Assembly (NCBI GenBank): GCA_951406725.2
Contig: OX597839.1
Coordinates: 32,302,001-32,366,000 of the forward strand
DNA: 64,000 bases
Reading direction: 5' to 3'
DNA from: Octopus vulgaris
Taxonomy: Eukaryota
Each line of letters begins with the position of its first letter. Position 1 is the stretch's first letter. The translations under genes were made by a program, and so were the position numbers. This document shows positions 11,854 through 25,112 of the stretch, one piece after another. Below the pieces are notes generated by a model. The model saw only the letters and a list, made by a program, of their open reading frames with translations, was not told the origin of the DNA and ran no database searches.

Positions 11854-12211
11854 CTCCCCCCTCTTTCAGCTACACTCCCATCCTCGTCCCCCCCCCACCA
11901 CCGATGCCCATGTGCATAACCCATTCTCGTAATTATGCCTCCATATTTCACGTTACCCAACTCTTTCGACTCGGGTGTGTAATAAAAACACCCGACTTTT
12001 TCTGATTTTCCTTCTTTTATTGCTTTCAATCTCCACCAAATCCATCCTGATATCACCCCCAATTCTGAAAAAAAAACCCTCATATTTATTAATGTATTTA
12101 TTTATGGTTTTTTTCTCTCCTCACTCTCCTGACACTTAGCGGTGGTTCCCTTTTAAATTTATTCACATCGCCGTGGGAGGGCTTCGGTTGCAAAACTATA
12201 CGCAAACATTC

Positions 12212-12248
<37 letters not shown>

Positions 12249-12309
12249 TATATATATATAGGCGTTTCTATATATATATATATAGCCCTTTCTGTATATA
12301 TGTACAAAT

Positions 12310-12354
<45 letters not shown>

Positions 12355-12850
12355 GTATATATATATATATATATGTGTTAGTATATATGTATAAATGTAT
12401 ATATATGCATGTATATATATGTATGTATGTAAATATGTATGTATATATATATATATGTATATATGAATATATATATGTATATATATGTATGTATAATTGC
12501 ATGTATGTATATGTTTATATATATGTATATATATATGTATGTATATATGCATGTATGTATATGTATGTATATATATGCATATATATGTATGTGTATATAT
12601 ATGTACATATATGTATGTGTATGTATGTATGTATGTATATATATACAAAACTCTGTAACAAGTTTCAGCTCGAGATAACTTGTGTACATATATTGAATAT
12701 ATAAAAATATATAGGTGCCATACATAAACAGACACCTCCTCACCCCCACCCACACACACACACACACACAGATAGATAGATAGACATGCATACGTACACT
12801 TTTATGCATGTATCACAATACATACTTATGTGGATACATAAATACATACA

Positions 12851-12905
<55 letters not shown>

Positions 12906-13341
12906 TTAGTAAGCAGTTCTTTGTTCATCATACTGATATTGTAGAAAAATTATGAAAATGCAATGCGTGTACCAGTTATTATCCGTCATTATCACCAACG
13001 CCATCAACACCACCACCACCACTACCACCACCACCGTCATCATTACCACCCCCAGCACCAACACAACCGCCATGATCACGACCACCATTACCGCCACAAT
13101 CATCATCAACATCATCACTACTATCATCATCACCACCGCCGCCGCCACTATTATCCCCACTCTCAATACCCCCCACCACAGTCACTACCGTCACCACCAT
13201 TACCACAACCATCATCTCCACCATCAGCAACATCACAATCATCATCATCATCATCAAACTCACCCCGCTTCCCCCACTAACCCATTTTCACCAACGTACC
13301 AATATTACTTAACAACCAAAACGGTGCTTCTGCTGCTGCTG

Positions 13342-13374
<33 letters not shown>

Positions 13375-13545
13375 TTACTACTATTACTACTACTACTACC
13401 ACCACTGCCATCCACAACTCGCTGAAGTGCGTCTGTGATCATTCAGCCGTAACCATCTTTCGGTTCGCGTCGCGTGGGCAAGGAATATATAGTTACTAAC
13501 TACTTGGCATATTACCGCATACACACGCACGCACACACACACACA

Positions 13546-13589
<44 letters not shown>

Positions 13590-13767
13590 TGTATGTATGT
13601 ATATATATGTATATGTGTGTGTATATATATATGCATATATATATTCATATATATATATATGCATATATATATATATACACACACACACATATATATATAT
13701 ATCCATATATACATATGCATATATATATATACGTAAGTGTGCTCAAATATAAAGACGCATATATGTG

Positions 13768-13804
<37 letters not shown>

Positions 13805-14299
13805 TAATATATAAATGCTCGCGCACACACACATACATATATATGCAGACATACACATGCATATCTATATCTATCAATCTTTATTTCTCTCACTCTGTCT
13901 CCTCGTCTCTATCTATCAATCTATAATAGCAGTTGCGACGAAGGAAAGAAAGAGTGCTCAATAACGCGAGATAGAATATAAATTATTGTCTTTCAAGTAA
14001 ATTACAGTCAGAATGCTCTCCCCCATCCACCCTCCGGTACCTTGGGTTTCTTGCTAGCAGAGCAGAGCGGATCTGTCAACTGTCAACAATCGTTTAGTCA
14101 GTGGCAGATTTGACAGTACGCCAAGATATAGACGTGTGCTATTCTGATGGTAATTTCACATAGTAATCTTAGTCTACAAACATATATTTTCCTCTACTCA
14201 TATAGAGTCTACAAACATATATTTTCCTTACATAGACCGAACGGGTATCGGCAAAATGGTTGTTGTAGCAAGAAATTAAAATCCAACATGGAAGCAGAG

Positions 14300-14975
14300 C
14301 TTTAAGACTTTTGATTAAATAATGGTTCCTTCTAATTTTGATACAAGGCAAGTCGATTTTATCGACCTCGGAGCTCCAACGGTACTTATTTTTATCGATC
14401 CCGAAGGAATATAAGGCAAAGTCAACTACCGCAGTATTTGTTACTCATAACGTAAAGAGCCGGACGAAATGCAAGCAAAGCATTTTGTCCGTCGTGCTAA
14501 CGACACCACCATTTCGTCGCCTTAAATAATAATAATAATAATGATAATGATAATAATATCTACAATAGCTATATAGACCTCAAAACAATGAAAAAGTCAT
14601 CCTCGGCAGAATTTGAACTCAGAACGTAAAAAGCCGTATCTAAACACGTTAATTTGCTCGGCGTGCTAATGATTCAGCTATTTCGTCGTCTTAAATAATA
14701 ATAATAATAATAATGATGATGATGATAGCAATGATAATAATGATAACAATAATAATGATGATGATGATGATAATAATGATAATAATAATAATGATGATGA
14801 TAATAATGATGATAATAATAATAATGATGATGGTGATAATGATAATAATAATAATAATAATGATAATAATAATCTTTTCTACAATAACTTATATAGACCT
14901 CAAAACAATGAGAAAGTCGACCTCAGCGGAATTTGAACTCAGAACGTAAAAGGCCGTAACTGAGCACGTTAAGTG
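14300..14975 (-). mobile_element. Three degenerate SINE B copies interleaved with (AAT/GAT)n
   Basis: Recurrent aagtcgacctc..gaatttgaactcagaacgtaaa. Confidence 0.6.
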
Positions 14976-15427
14976 ATTAGAAATGTAATTTCAGCGGCAA
15001 TAAGGTGTAGGGCAGCCAATTTCTGATGAAGCTAGAAGAAAGGTCGAAACGGCGTCGTCTAGTCGGTCTCTTTTTTTTATTATCCACTGTGGGATCGTAT
15101 AAAACACGGCAGACGTTGATGTCTGTCTTTATGTATCGAGTTAACTTACTCATGAATGTCGGCTAAAATCATGGAGTATAAACAAAGACCATAGGAAACT
15201 TTAGTCTGTCATATATTATTGTCTTTATGAGACTAACGGTTGTATTGCGCGGTGGGAGCACGTGAAACTAAAATACCAGGGCTTCTATTACCGTCGCCTA
15301 CTGGCCAAGATTTATTAAATAACTTCCAGTCAATCCTGGCCAGTAGGCGACAGCTGTAGAGCAAGAAACGTATTTTCTGAACTAATTGTATGACCCGCTT
15401 TCAATTCTCGTTGCAACTGTATTATTT

Positions 15428-16225
15428 AAGGCGGCGAGCTAGCAGAAGCGTTAGCACACCGGGCGAAATGCTTTGCGGTACTTCGTCTGCCGTTACGTTG
15501 TGAGTTCAAATTCCGCCGAGGTCGACTTTGCCTTTCATCCTTTCGGGGTCGATAAATTAAGTACCAGTTGCGCACTGGGGGTCGATGTAATCGACATAAT
15601 ACCTATGTCTGTCCTTGTTTGTCCCATCTATGTTTAGCCCCTTGTGGGTAATAAAGAAATATGTATTATTTATACTATTGATAAGGCGGTGAGTTGGCAG
15701 AAACGGTAAGCACGCCAGGCGCTACGTTCTGAGTTCAAATTCCGCCGAGGTCGACTTTGCCTTTCATCCTTTCGGGGTCGATTAAATAAGTACCAGTTAT
15801 GCACTGGGGTCGATGTAATCGACTTAATCCGTTTGTCTGTCCTTGTTTGTCCCCTCTGTGTTTCGCCCCTTGTGGGTAGTAAAGAAATAGGTATTTCGTC
15901 TGCTGCTACGTTCTGAGTTCAAATTCCGCCGAGGTCGACTTTGCCTTTCATCCTTTCGGGGTCGATTAAATAAGTACCAGTTACGCACTGGAGTCGATGT
16001 AATCGACTTAATCTGTTTGTCTGTCCTTGTTTGTCCTCTCTGAGTGTAGCCCCTTGTGGGTAGTAAAGAAATAAGAATATTTAGCATGCCGAGCAAAATG
16101 CTTAGCGGCATTTCGTCCGTCCTTACGTTCTGAGTTCAAATTCCACCGAAGTTAACTTTGCCTTTCATCCTTTCGTAGTCGATAAAATAAGTACCAGGTA
16201 AGTGCTGAGCTCAAGTAATCGACTC
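15428..16225 (+). mobile_element. Head-to-tail cluster of four SINE B units (tRNA-like head; central domain resembling Meta/MESC)
   Basis: B-box gagttcaaattcc followed by gtcgactttgcctttcatcctttcggggtcgataaattaagtaccag, repeated four times. The Meta/MESC assignment is from recall. Confidence 0.85.
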
Positions 16226-16324
16226 ACCTCTTTCTAATGGGTTGTGGAGGACCTAAAAGAAAGGTGTGGAATCCGAATAAATAAATAAATAATTAATTTT
16301 AAAAAGCCACACCAAAAAACTGGC

Positions 16325-16570
16325 CTTCCGTCGGTTTCGACGACGAGTGTTCCAGTGGATCCGATCAACGGAACAGCTTCTCATGAAATCAACATTCAAG
16401 TGGCTGAGTACTCCGGATACACACATACCGTTAATGTGCCAAGGCTGGCCCCCTTTGAATTGAGTGCACTTGAAGCAATGCGAAATAAAGTATCTTGCTC
16501 AAGGATACAACGTCTCGGCAGGAATCGAACACACGACCTCACGATCGTGCGCAAAATATCCTAACCAATT
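16325..16570 (-). mobile_element. SINE family I, degenerate copy
   Basis: Reverse-complement match to 42920-43240. Confidence 0.6.
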
Positions 16571-17039
16571 TATGCGCAAACTTTATGTTGACCAGAAGAA
16601 ATTTGATAAACTTCGAGGCGGAATCGAACACGATTCCTCCTGATAGCAAAGCGAATTTCCTAAGCACTCGGCCATATCCACACCCGATACACATCGGTAC
16701 ACATCCACCCGTATTACAATATAACAGCCAAATTAGATATTTTACTGCTTCGATGCCCCCAACCGCTCATTGCCGGCAGCGCTTGTAGCTTATTACGATT
16801 TAGGGAATTAGGGTGGGGGTTCTGAGACGGCACAGTACCCAAGTATAGGCGCCACGGTATTTTCGTTACACTTCTTTGCGTTCTGAGTTCAAATCCCACC
16901 GGGTATGTCTTTGCCTCTGACCGCATTTCATGTTGCATTACGAAAATAATAAATGTCTTACAGGAACGTTGTGTGTGTGTGTGTGTATGCATATACACAT
17001 ACGCACACATATATATATGTATATAAATATGTGTAAATA

Positions 17040-17116
<77 letters not shown>

Positions 17117-17168
17117 ATATGTATATGTTTCTATATGAATATATAAACCTATGTATGTATATATACAT

Positions 17169-17230
<62 letters not shown>

Positions 17231-17394
17231 ATCTATGTATGTATGTATGTATGTATGTATGTATATGTGTGTGTATGCGTGTATGTGTCTGAATGCTTAA
17301 AAGAATTTATCTAACATACTTTCATTTCTGCAAACCAGCCATTCTATAAACTGGGTTCTTTTAGTCTGGCAGAAAACCAATTTTTTAGAAGTGG

Positions 17395-17475
<81 letters not shown>

Positions 17476-17793
17476 GTATTTGTATATGTATATATATGTG
17501 TATATGTATGTATGTATGTATAATATATATGTATGTATAATGTATATATATATTATATATATATATGTATAATATATATATATATATATAATGGCATGAT
17601 CGATTAGCATATACCATATCGATCTCGAAACACGACGGACAGAATCGACCCCGGGTAGGGACTGAATTGAGAACGCAGAAGAAGAAGAAACTGTGTGCGC
17701 AGTGAAGCATCTAGTTCGGCGCTATGTTATTTTCGATCAGTTTTCCATATTTCACAGATAAAACTTTAATGGACTCCAGTGTCGGCTGCTGCA

Positions 17794-18344
17794 AGAGGAT
17801 GAGTCCAAAAGTAATGCCATTTCGTTTAGGACAGGAATAATCACCAACACAGGAACATATATCATACATCAAAATGAAGCTGGTCCTCTGTGGATCACAT
17901 CCCTACTTCTCAACATAGTCACCGTTTCTCTCAATAGCAATGTTCTACCTTCGAATGAGAGCATGTATCCCTGCCCCGTAAAATTCTGTTGACTGTTCTC
18001 TGAGCCACTTCTTCACTACAGTTTTCAGTTCTTCATCACTGGAATAATGTTTGCCTCTCAAACCATCTTTCATGGGGCCGAAGAGATGATAGTCCAGTGA
18101 TGAGGAAGTGAAAACTGTAGTGAAGAAGTGGCTCAAAGAACAGTCAACAGAATTTTACGGGGCAAGGACACGTGCTCTCATTCGAAGGTAGAACATTGCT
18201 ATTGAGAGAAACGGTGACTATTTTGAGAAGTGGAGATGTGATCCACAGAGGACCAGCTTCATTTTGATGTATGATACATGTTCCTGTATTGGTAATTATA
18301 CCTGTCCTAAACAAAATGGCATTACTTTTTGACTCACCTTCGTA
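17794..18344. mobile_element. Mariner-derived palindromic element made of two inverted copies of the 3' end
   Basis: ORF 17945..18136(-): DYHLFGPMKDGLRGKHYSSDEELKTVVKKWLREQSTEFYGAGIHALIRR. The ~250-bp arms 17794-18043 and 18092-18344 are reverse complements, with TIR gagtc.aaaagtaatgccattt. Confidence 0.9.
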
Positions 18345-18548
18345 TAAATGTGAATTTATAATCTGGGCATTGAAGGTGAAGGTTTCGGGCATACTTGTAT
18401 GTATGTATGTATGTATGTATGTATGTATGTATGTATGTATGTATGTATGTATTATATTTGTGTGTGTGTGTATGTATGCATGTATGTATGTATGTATGTA
18501 TGTATGTATGTATGTATGTATGTATGTATGTATGTATGTATGTATGTT

Positions 18549-18581
<33 letters not shown>

Positions 18582-19199
18582 AGGTAGGTAGGTAGGTATG
18601 TGTGTGTATGTATGTATGTATGTATGTTTGTATGTATGTGTGTGTGTATGTAGGTATGTGTGTGTGTATGTATGTATGTGTATGTGTGTGTATGTATGTG
18701 TGTATGTATGTGTGTATGTAGGTAGGTAGGTAGGTATGTGTGTGTGTATGTATGTATGTGTGTATGTTTGTATGTATGTGTGTGTGTATGTAGGTATGTG
18801 TGTGTGTGTATGTATGTATTTATGTATGTATGTATGTATGTATGTATGTGTGTATGGCAAAAATTACTTGTACCTGTAATTTAAAATGCCAGCTTTGTAA
18901 CATTCTGTCTCGTGCTAAATCTCTTTGGGAACAATGTTAAGGGTATGCGTGTCTCTGGAGTACTCAGCCACATGCACGTTAATTTGCCGTGAAAGATGTT
19001 CCATTGATCGGAACAGACCAACATTCTCCGTAATCGGAAGGCTGGTCCGTCACAGGCCGACTCATTCACAGCTGAGTGAACTGGAACAAGAACACAACGC
19101 GTCGCTCAGCCCATAAAGCGAACCAACGATCGAGCGATCGCGAGTGCAACGCCCTAACCACTAGGCCACGCGTATATGTGTGTGTGTGTGTGTGTGTGT

Positions 19200-19460
19200 T
19201 TTCTTCTGTTTTTAATTATTTGAAATCCGTAGAAGGAGCTATTTTCTAACAAAGATACAAACTTCCATCGTTGAAATGTGGATTACGAAAATAACGTCAC
19301 ATTTTATACTTGAGAAAAGTCTTGCAGAGTCTTACTGTTCCACTTACAAGATTGTACTTGTAATGTGCCGGTTAGTTGGTTGATTTTTTTTTCTGGAAAC
19401 TCCAGCTTATCCAGATTGTCAGTTAGGCATTTACTCACAAAATCCAGTCCACCGATTATA
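19200..19460. mobile_element. Dispersed repeat family F
   Basis: Homologous to 39112-39358. Both copies run directly into (TATG)n. Confidence 0.6.
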
Positions 19461-19493
19461 TTATTGGTATAAATGTAAATGTATGTATGTATG

Positions 19494-19527
<34 letters not shown>

Positions 19528-20072
19528 TGTATGTATGTATGTATGTATGTATGTATGTATGCATGTATGTATGCATGTATGTATGTATGTATGTATGTAT
19601 GTATGTATGTATGTATGTATGTATGTATGTATGTATGTATGTATGTATGTATGTATGTATGTATGCATGTATGTATGGGAGTGTGAGTGTATGTCTGCAG
19701 ATATATATTATCTCTTTCGTGCAGTGTGTTAAACGAATATTGATTCTTTAATGATTATAGTGTTACGAAAAGATTCAAGATCTGATGTAAATATCACGTG
19801 ATTTCATTGACGAATTGCCAAAACCTTCAGCGATGTTTTATAGCAGGAAGTGACTTTTAGTATAAAGTTAACCAAAATCACACACACACACCCCGCCCCG
19901 CCAAAAAAAAAAAAAAAAAAAAAAAAAGATAAACGAAAGAAAGAAAATTTGTCATGAATAATTTATTGATTTTCTGTATCGATACAATAATGTTACATAT
20001 GAAGAGGGGGGGAACGTTGTGGAATTAAATTGATTCCAAAATTTAATTAGTTGTTTATTTTGTTAATTCTGG

Positions 20073-20740
20073 AAGTTGGCTTCGGTCGGATTTGAACTCA
20101 GAACGTAAAGAGTCGTAACTGGATACAGCAAGGCGTTTTGATCGATGCTCTCGTGATTGCCAATCCACTGCCTTTGCAAGTAAAGTTTCAAAAATCAGGC
20201 ATGAAAGCTACAAAATACGAGGAAAAAGGAAGGATGCTAAACAAAGTTGGCTACGGTAGGATTTGAACTCAGAACGTAAAGAGTCGTAACTGTATACAGC
20301 AAGGCGTTTTGATCGATGCTCTCGTGATTGCCAATCCACTGCCTTTGCAAGTAAAGTTTCAAAAATCAGGCATGAAAGCTACAAAATACGAGGAAAAAGG
20401 AAGGATGCTAAACAAAGTTGGCTTCGGTAGGATTTGAACTCAGAACGTAAAGAGTCGTAACTGTATACAGCAAGGCGTTTTGATCGATGCTCTCGTGATT
20501 GCCAATCCACTGCCTTTGCAAGTAAAGTTTCAAAAATCAGGCATGAAAGCTACAAAATACGAGGAAAAAGGAAGGATGCTAAACAAAGTTGGCTTCGGTA
20601 GGATTTGAACTCAGAACGTAAAGAGTCGTAACTGTATACAGCAAGGCGTTTTGATCGATGCTCTCGTGATTGCCAATCCACTGCCTTTGCAAGTAAAGTT
20701 TCAAAAATCAGGCATGAAAGCTACAAAATACGAGGAAAAA
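20073..20740. repeat. 171-bp tandem repeat, ~3.9 near-identical copies, derived from a SINE B head
   Basis: Units start at 20073, 20244, 20415 and 20586. Each contains ggatttgaactcagaacgtaaa (reverse complement of the SINE B B-box region). Confidence 0.95.
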
Positions 20741-21050
20741 ATTAATACGGAGATATCAAGCTGAACCATCGTAAAAAAAAAAAAAAAATCGTCAAAAGGA
20801 GGCCTCTAAGCAGTTACTCAATCTGTAAGAAACAACAGCCAAATCTCCCCCAAAATCAAACCCTGTTAAATATTGGACATTGTTCGACCTGTAACATATA
20901 TAGAAGGGGTTGTCACGTCAGGAGTGTATTTAATTATAAGTCTACTCAAACAGAGCTGAACTAGGGCTATATTATTTTGTTTGGTAGGTTTGCAATTCTG
21001 CGATCTTTCAGTTACCAGACGTATTTTGAAAATGATGTTGAATTACGCTT

Positions 21051-21435
21051 GGAAGCACTCCGTCGGTTACGACGACGAGGGTTCCGGTTGATCCGAATCA
21101 ACGGAACAGCCTGCTCGTGAAATTAACGTGTAAGTGGCTGAGCACTCCACAGACACGTGTACCCTTAACGTAATTCTCGGGGATATTCAGCGTGACACAG
21201 AGAGTGACAAGGCCGGCCCCTTGAAATACAGGTACAACAGAAACAGGAAGTAAGAGTGAGAGAAAGTTTTGGTGAAAGAGTACAGCAGGGATCACCACCA
21301 CCCCCTGCCGGAGCCTCGTGGAGCTTTTAGGTGTTTTCGCTCAATAAACACTCACAACGCCCGGTCTGGGAATCGAAAACGCGATCCTATGACCGCGAGT
21401 CCGCTGCCCTAACCACTGGGCCATTGCGCCTCCAC
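21051..21435 (-). mobile_element. Full-length SINE C
   Basis: Reverse complement of 61077-61464. TSD tgaattac(g/a)cttg at 21039-21051 and 21436-21448. Confidence 0.9.
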
Positions 21436-21782
21436 TGAATTACACTTGACCCTGTATGAAAATGAATACATCTGACGTATTTGTTCAGACAAAAGGAAAA
21501 GAGAAAAACGAAAAGAAATAAAGAAAGCAAAATGAGGCAGGAGACGCAACAAATATAACAGTAGATGCTAATGTAGCTTGGATGTTACTGAAAAAGCTCA
21601 AAATATTGGTGGGAACGTCAATGTTTTTGACGGAAAAGAGGAAACCATCTTTTCTTCTTTGCACAACAGGAAATTCAAATAATAAAATTTTAAATACATT
21701 TCTTTCCCGAATACATTTCGGTTTCACACCTCTTTCGTTCTCTTCTTGTTTTTCTTCCTTTTCCCTTTTCCTTTCAACACAC

Positions 21783-22010
21783 CTATTTCTTTACTACCCT
21801 CAAGGGGCTAAACACAGAGGGGACAAACAAGGACTGATAAACGGATAAAGTCGATTATATCGACCCCAGTAGTACTTAATTTATCGACCCCGAAAGGATG
21901 AAAGGCAAAGTCGACCTCGGCGGAATTTGAACTCAGAACGTAGCGACAGACGAAATACCGCTAAGCATTTCGCCCGGTGTGCTAACGTTTCTACCAGTTC
22001 GCCGCCTTCA
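21783..22010 (-). mobile_element. Full SINE B copy
   Basis: Reverse complement of the 15428 unit. Confidence 0.85.
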
Positions 22011-22979
22011 ACACACTTTTCCTTTCAACACACCGCCTAGTCTTCGCGTACCCATTCGCCCCCACACAACGATTCCTGGGAGATTTGTTTGTCGGATTAT
22101 ATGAGTAGATCTGCTGACAGGAAGTTCACCTGTTTTTACGGACCGACACACATGCGTTCAAGGTTTCGTGCGAGTGTTCAACGCTGTGGCTCTTTCAGTG
22201 GAGTAAATTGAAGCAGGACATTGACTGACCTCACTGGAAATTCAACCGAGTTATGAGATATGCTTTTAGAACTTGTACCGGGAATTACCGGTATAACTTC
22301 AAGCTTAAAGACAGGACTATTTACTTGTATAATCCTGCTTTAGAATCACGATGGCACCTGTACTTCGAATTCAGCAGAGAAGGATTGAATTCATTTCAGA
22401 AAATTTCTTTCGTATATCTGCATCTGACGACCGCAGTTGCATGGCAAGTTGCAACAGCTTGTTTCACCATTAACTAGAATTGATCTTGTATTCACCTACA
22501 TTTAAAATCAGAGATCGAACTCGGCAAATTAAATTGCTCACTTAAGCCCCCCAGTAATCCACACTCTGCGTGTGTATTCGTGTACGACGGTCTTCTTTCA
22601 GTTTCCGCCAGCCAAATCCGTTCACAAGGCATTGGTTAGTCTGAAGTTATAGTAGAAGATACTTGCTCTGGACTGAACCCGGAACCATGTAGTTGGGAAG
22701 GAAGCTTCTTACCACACAGCCACACCTGCACCTACCCTTGACCGTCCTCTGTCCTTCGATCTTTTTATTCTTTGTAATCCAATCGATTCTTTCTCCCTCT
22801 CCTTTTTTTCTTCTTTATAGTTATCTCCCTTCATTTATCCTCCGATAGTGACTCGCCTTCGTAAATCCATCTTCTCGCGCCTTATTTTTAAAAAATTCTT
22901 TTCTTCCCAGCTATCTTTATTCTTCGAGAGTGATTACCTTTTGGTTTACAGCATATCAAACATTCGATATATCATTAAA

Positions 22980-23564
22980 CTAGCAGTATCGCCCGGCGTT
23001 GCTCGGGTTTATTTCGACCCTATAGAATTGGAATTTTTGAAAAGTAAAAATTTTGCATTATGTAGCTTAGTCTCTTTAAGTGAACATTTTTCTGGTTGAA
23101 ATACACCGAAAAATGGTGACACAGCAGTCAAAAAATCGTAAAAAATAGGGATTTTCATAGAAAACAAACACCTTTTTTATGTAAATAATTTTTGGTATTA
23201 ACATGGTCCGATTTGAATTTTTTCTTCTACTGAAGTAAAAATTTTGCATTATGTAGTTTGTTATTCTCTTTAAGTGAACATTTTTCTGGTTGAAATACAC
23301 CGAAAAATGGTGACACAGCAGTCAAACAATCGTGAAAAATAAGGGTTTTTCATAGAAATAAAGCACCTTTTTGATGTAAATAATTTTTGGTGTTAACATG
23401 GTCCGATTTGAATTTTTTTTCTACGGAAGGAAGAGCAAGCTTTCTTCTATCATACTCTCAATTTTGGTCAACTTGCGCCGCAGGGTCTCGGAGGAGATAG
23501 TGTTAGTTGAAGGCTACCAAACCTGCCACACACAGACAACTTCAGCTTTATATATAGAGAGAGA
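22980..23564 (-). mobile_element. Non-autonomous Helitron with an internal 191-bp tandem duplication
   Basis: Minus strand reads A|TC...CCCGAGCAACGCCGGG hairpin-CGATACTG-CTAG|T with no TSD. Duplicated units start at 23043 and 23234. Confidence 0.8.
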
Positions 23565-24093
23565 TAATACGTGTAATTCTGCGAGACTGAAACGAGACTT
23601 GTGCTGTCTAGCATTACCTTACTGTTCACCAATGGGTAAAAATCTCTCGGCTATTGTCATGTGACAACATCGGGGACTGAAGAACCGTGGCGCAAATTGT
23701 GCGAGGAAACTGTCAGTATCCGTCAGCGTTGGCTTCGGTCGACCTAATTTTGTCATTCATACTCTCTGGTATTGAGTACTCGTGTACTTAGTCCTTTGCT
23801 CGGTATCACTCGTATGTATGTATGTATGTATGTGTGTATGTATGTATGTATGTGTGTGTGTATGTATGTATGTGTGTATGTATGTATGTATGTATGTATG
23901 TATGTATGTATGTATGTATGTATTTATGTATGTATGTATGTATATGTATGTATGTATGTATGTATGGGTGTATGTATGTTTGTATGTATGTATGTTTGTA
24001 TGTATGTTTGTATGTATGTATGTTTGTATGTATGTATGTATGTATATGTATGTATGTAGGTAGGTAGTATGTATGTATATGTATGTATGTATA

Positions 24094-24124
<31 letters not shown>

Positions 24125-24213
24125 ATGTATGTATGTATGTATGTATGTATGTATGTATGTATGGATGTATATGTATGTATGTATATGTGTGTATGTATGT
24201 ATGTATGTATGTA

Positions 24214-24250
<37 letters not shown>

Positions 24251-24462
24251 AATATAACATACTTATGAAATGTATATCTATGTAAATATATGTATGTAAT
24301 ATATATATCTTTATGTATATATATTTATATAAATATGTGTACACTCACACACACACATATATATATGTAAATGAATATGTGTATATATTTATTTACAGGT
24401 ATACATTCATTCACACATGTACATATACATATGTATATGTTTGTGTGTGTCTCTGTGTGTGC

Positions 24463-24512
<50 letters not shown>

Positions 24513-24586
24513 CATACATCCTATATATATATATATATATATACATACATCCTATATATATATATATATATATATATAATACATCC

Positions 24587-24618
<32 letters not shown>

Positions 24619-24863
24619 CATACATCCTATATATATATATATATATATATAATGTAATAAATAAAATATATGCATACATACATACATATATGTACGTGCC
24701 TACATCTACATGTATATATACATGCATATATACATACATATACATATACTACTATATATAGGCACATGCACGCACACGTATATTCATAAACGCACGCACA
24801 CACACATACACACATATATATTTATAAACGCACACATATACGTACATAGACACACACACGCGT

Positions 24864-24896
<33 letters not shown>

Positions 24897-24966
24897 ATGT
24901 TTCTTGGCCAATATTTTAAGAAACACATTATAATCTGTCTGCTCTCAGCTTCGTTCTGCTTTGCAG

Positions 24967-25112
24967 GTCCACCCACAGTGACACACCCAATCGACACACC
25001 CCTAATACACAACGTCAGTTCACAGTGCACCGATCGACACTGCAGCGGACGTAGTAGTAGCCACAGTGCTTCCGGTATTGTTCGTGGCAGTAGCAAATCG
25101 CACCAATCCTAA
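24967..25112 (+). CDS. Candidate terminal coding exon of an unidentified gene
   Basis: Acceptor cttcgttctgctttgcag|GT in a unique, more GC-rich island. The frame (G)PPTVTHPIDTPLIHNVSSQCTDRHCSGRSSSHSASGIVRGSSKSHQS* is open, but I recognise no homology. Confidence 0.25.

Noticed and set aside
12952-13425. Thr/His/Leu-rich ORFs resembling mucin or signal peptides
   Set aside because: Degenerate (CAC/CAT/CTA)n trinucleotide tract with no splice or domain support.
20073-20740. CRISPR-like array or alpha-satellite
   Set aside because: The units are identical along their full length with no unique spacers, there are no cas genes, and the context is eukaryotic. The 171-bp length matches alphoid DNA only by coincidence.
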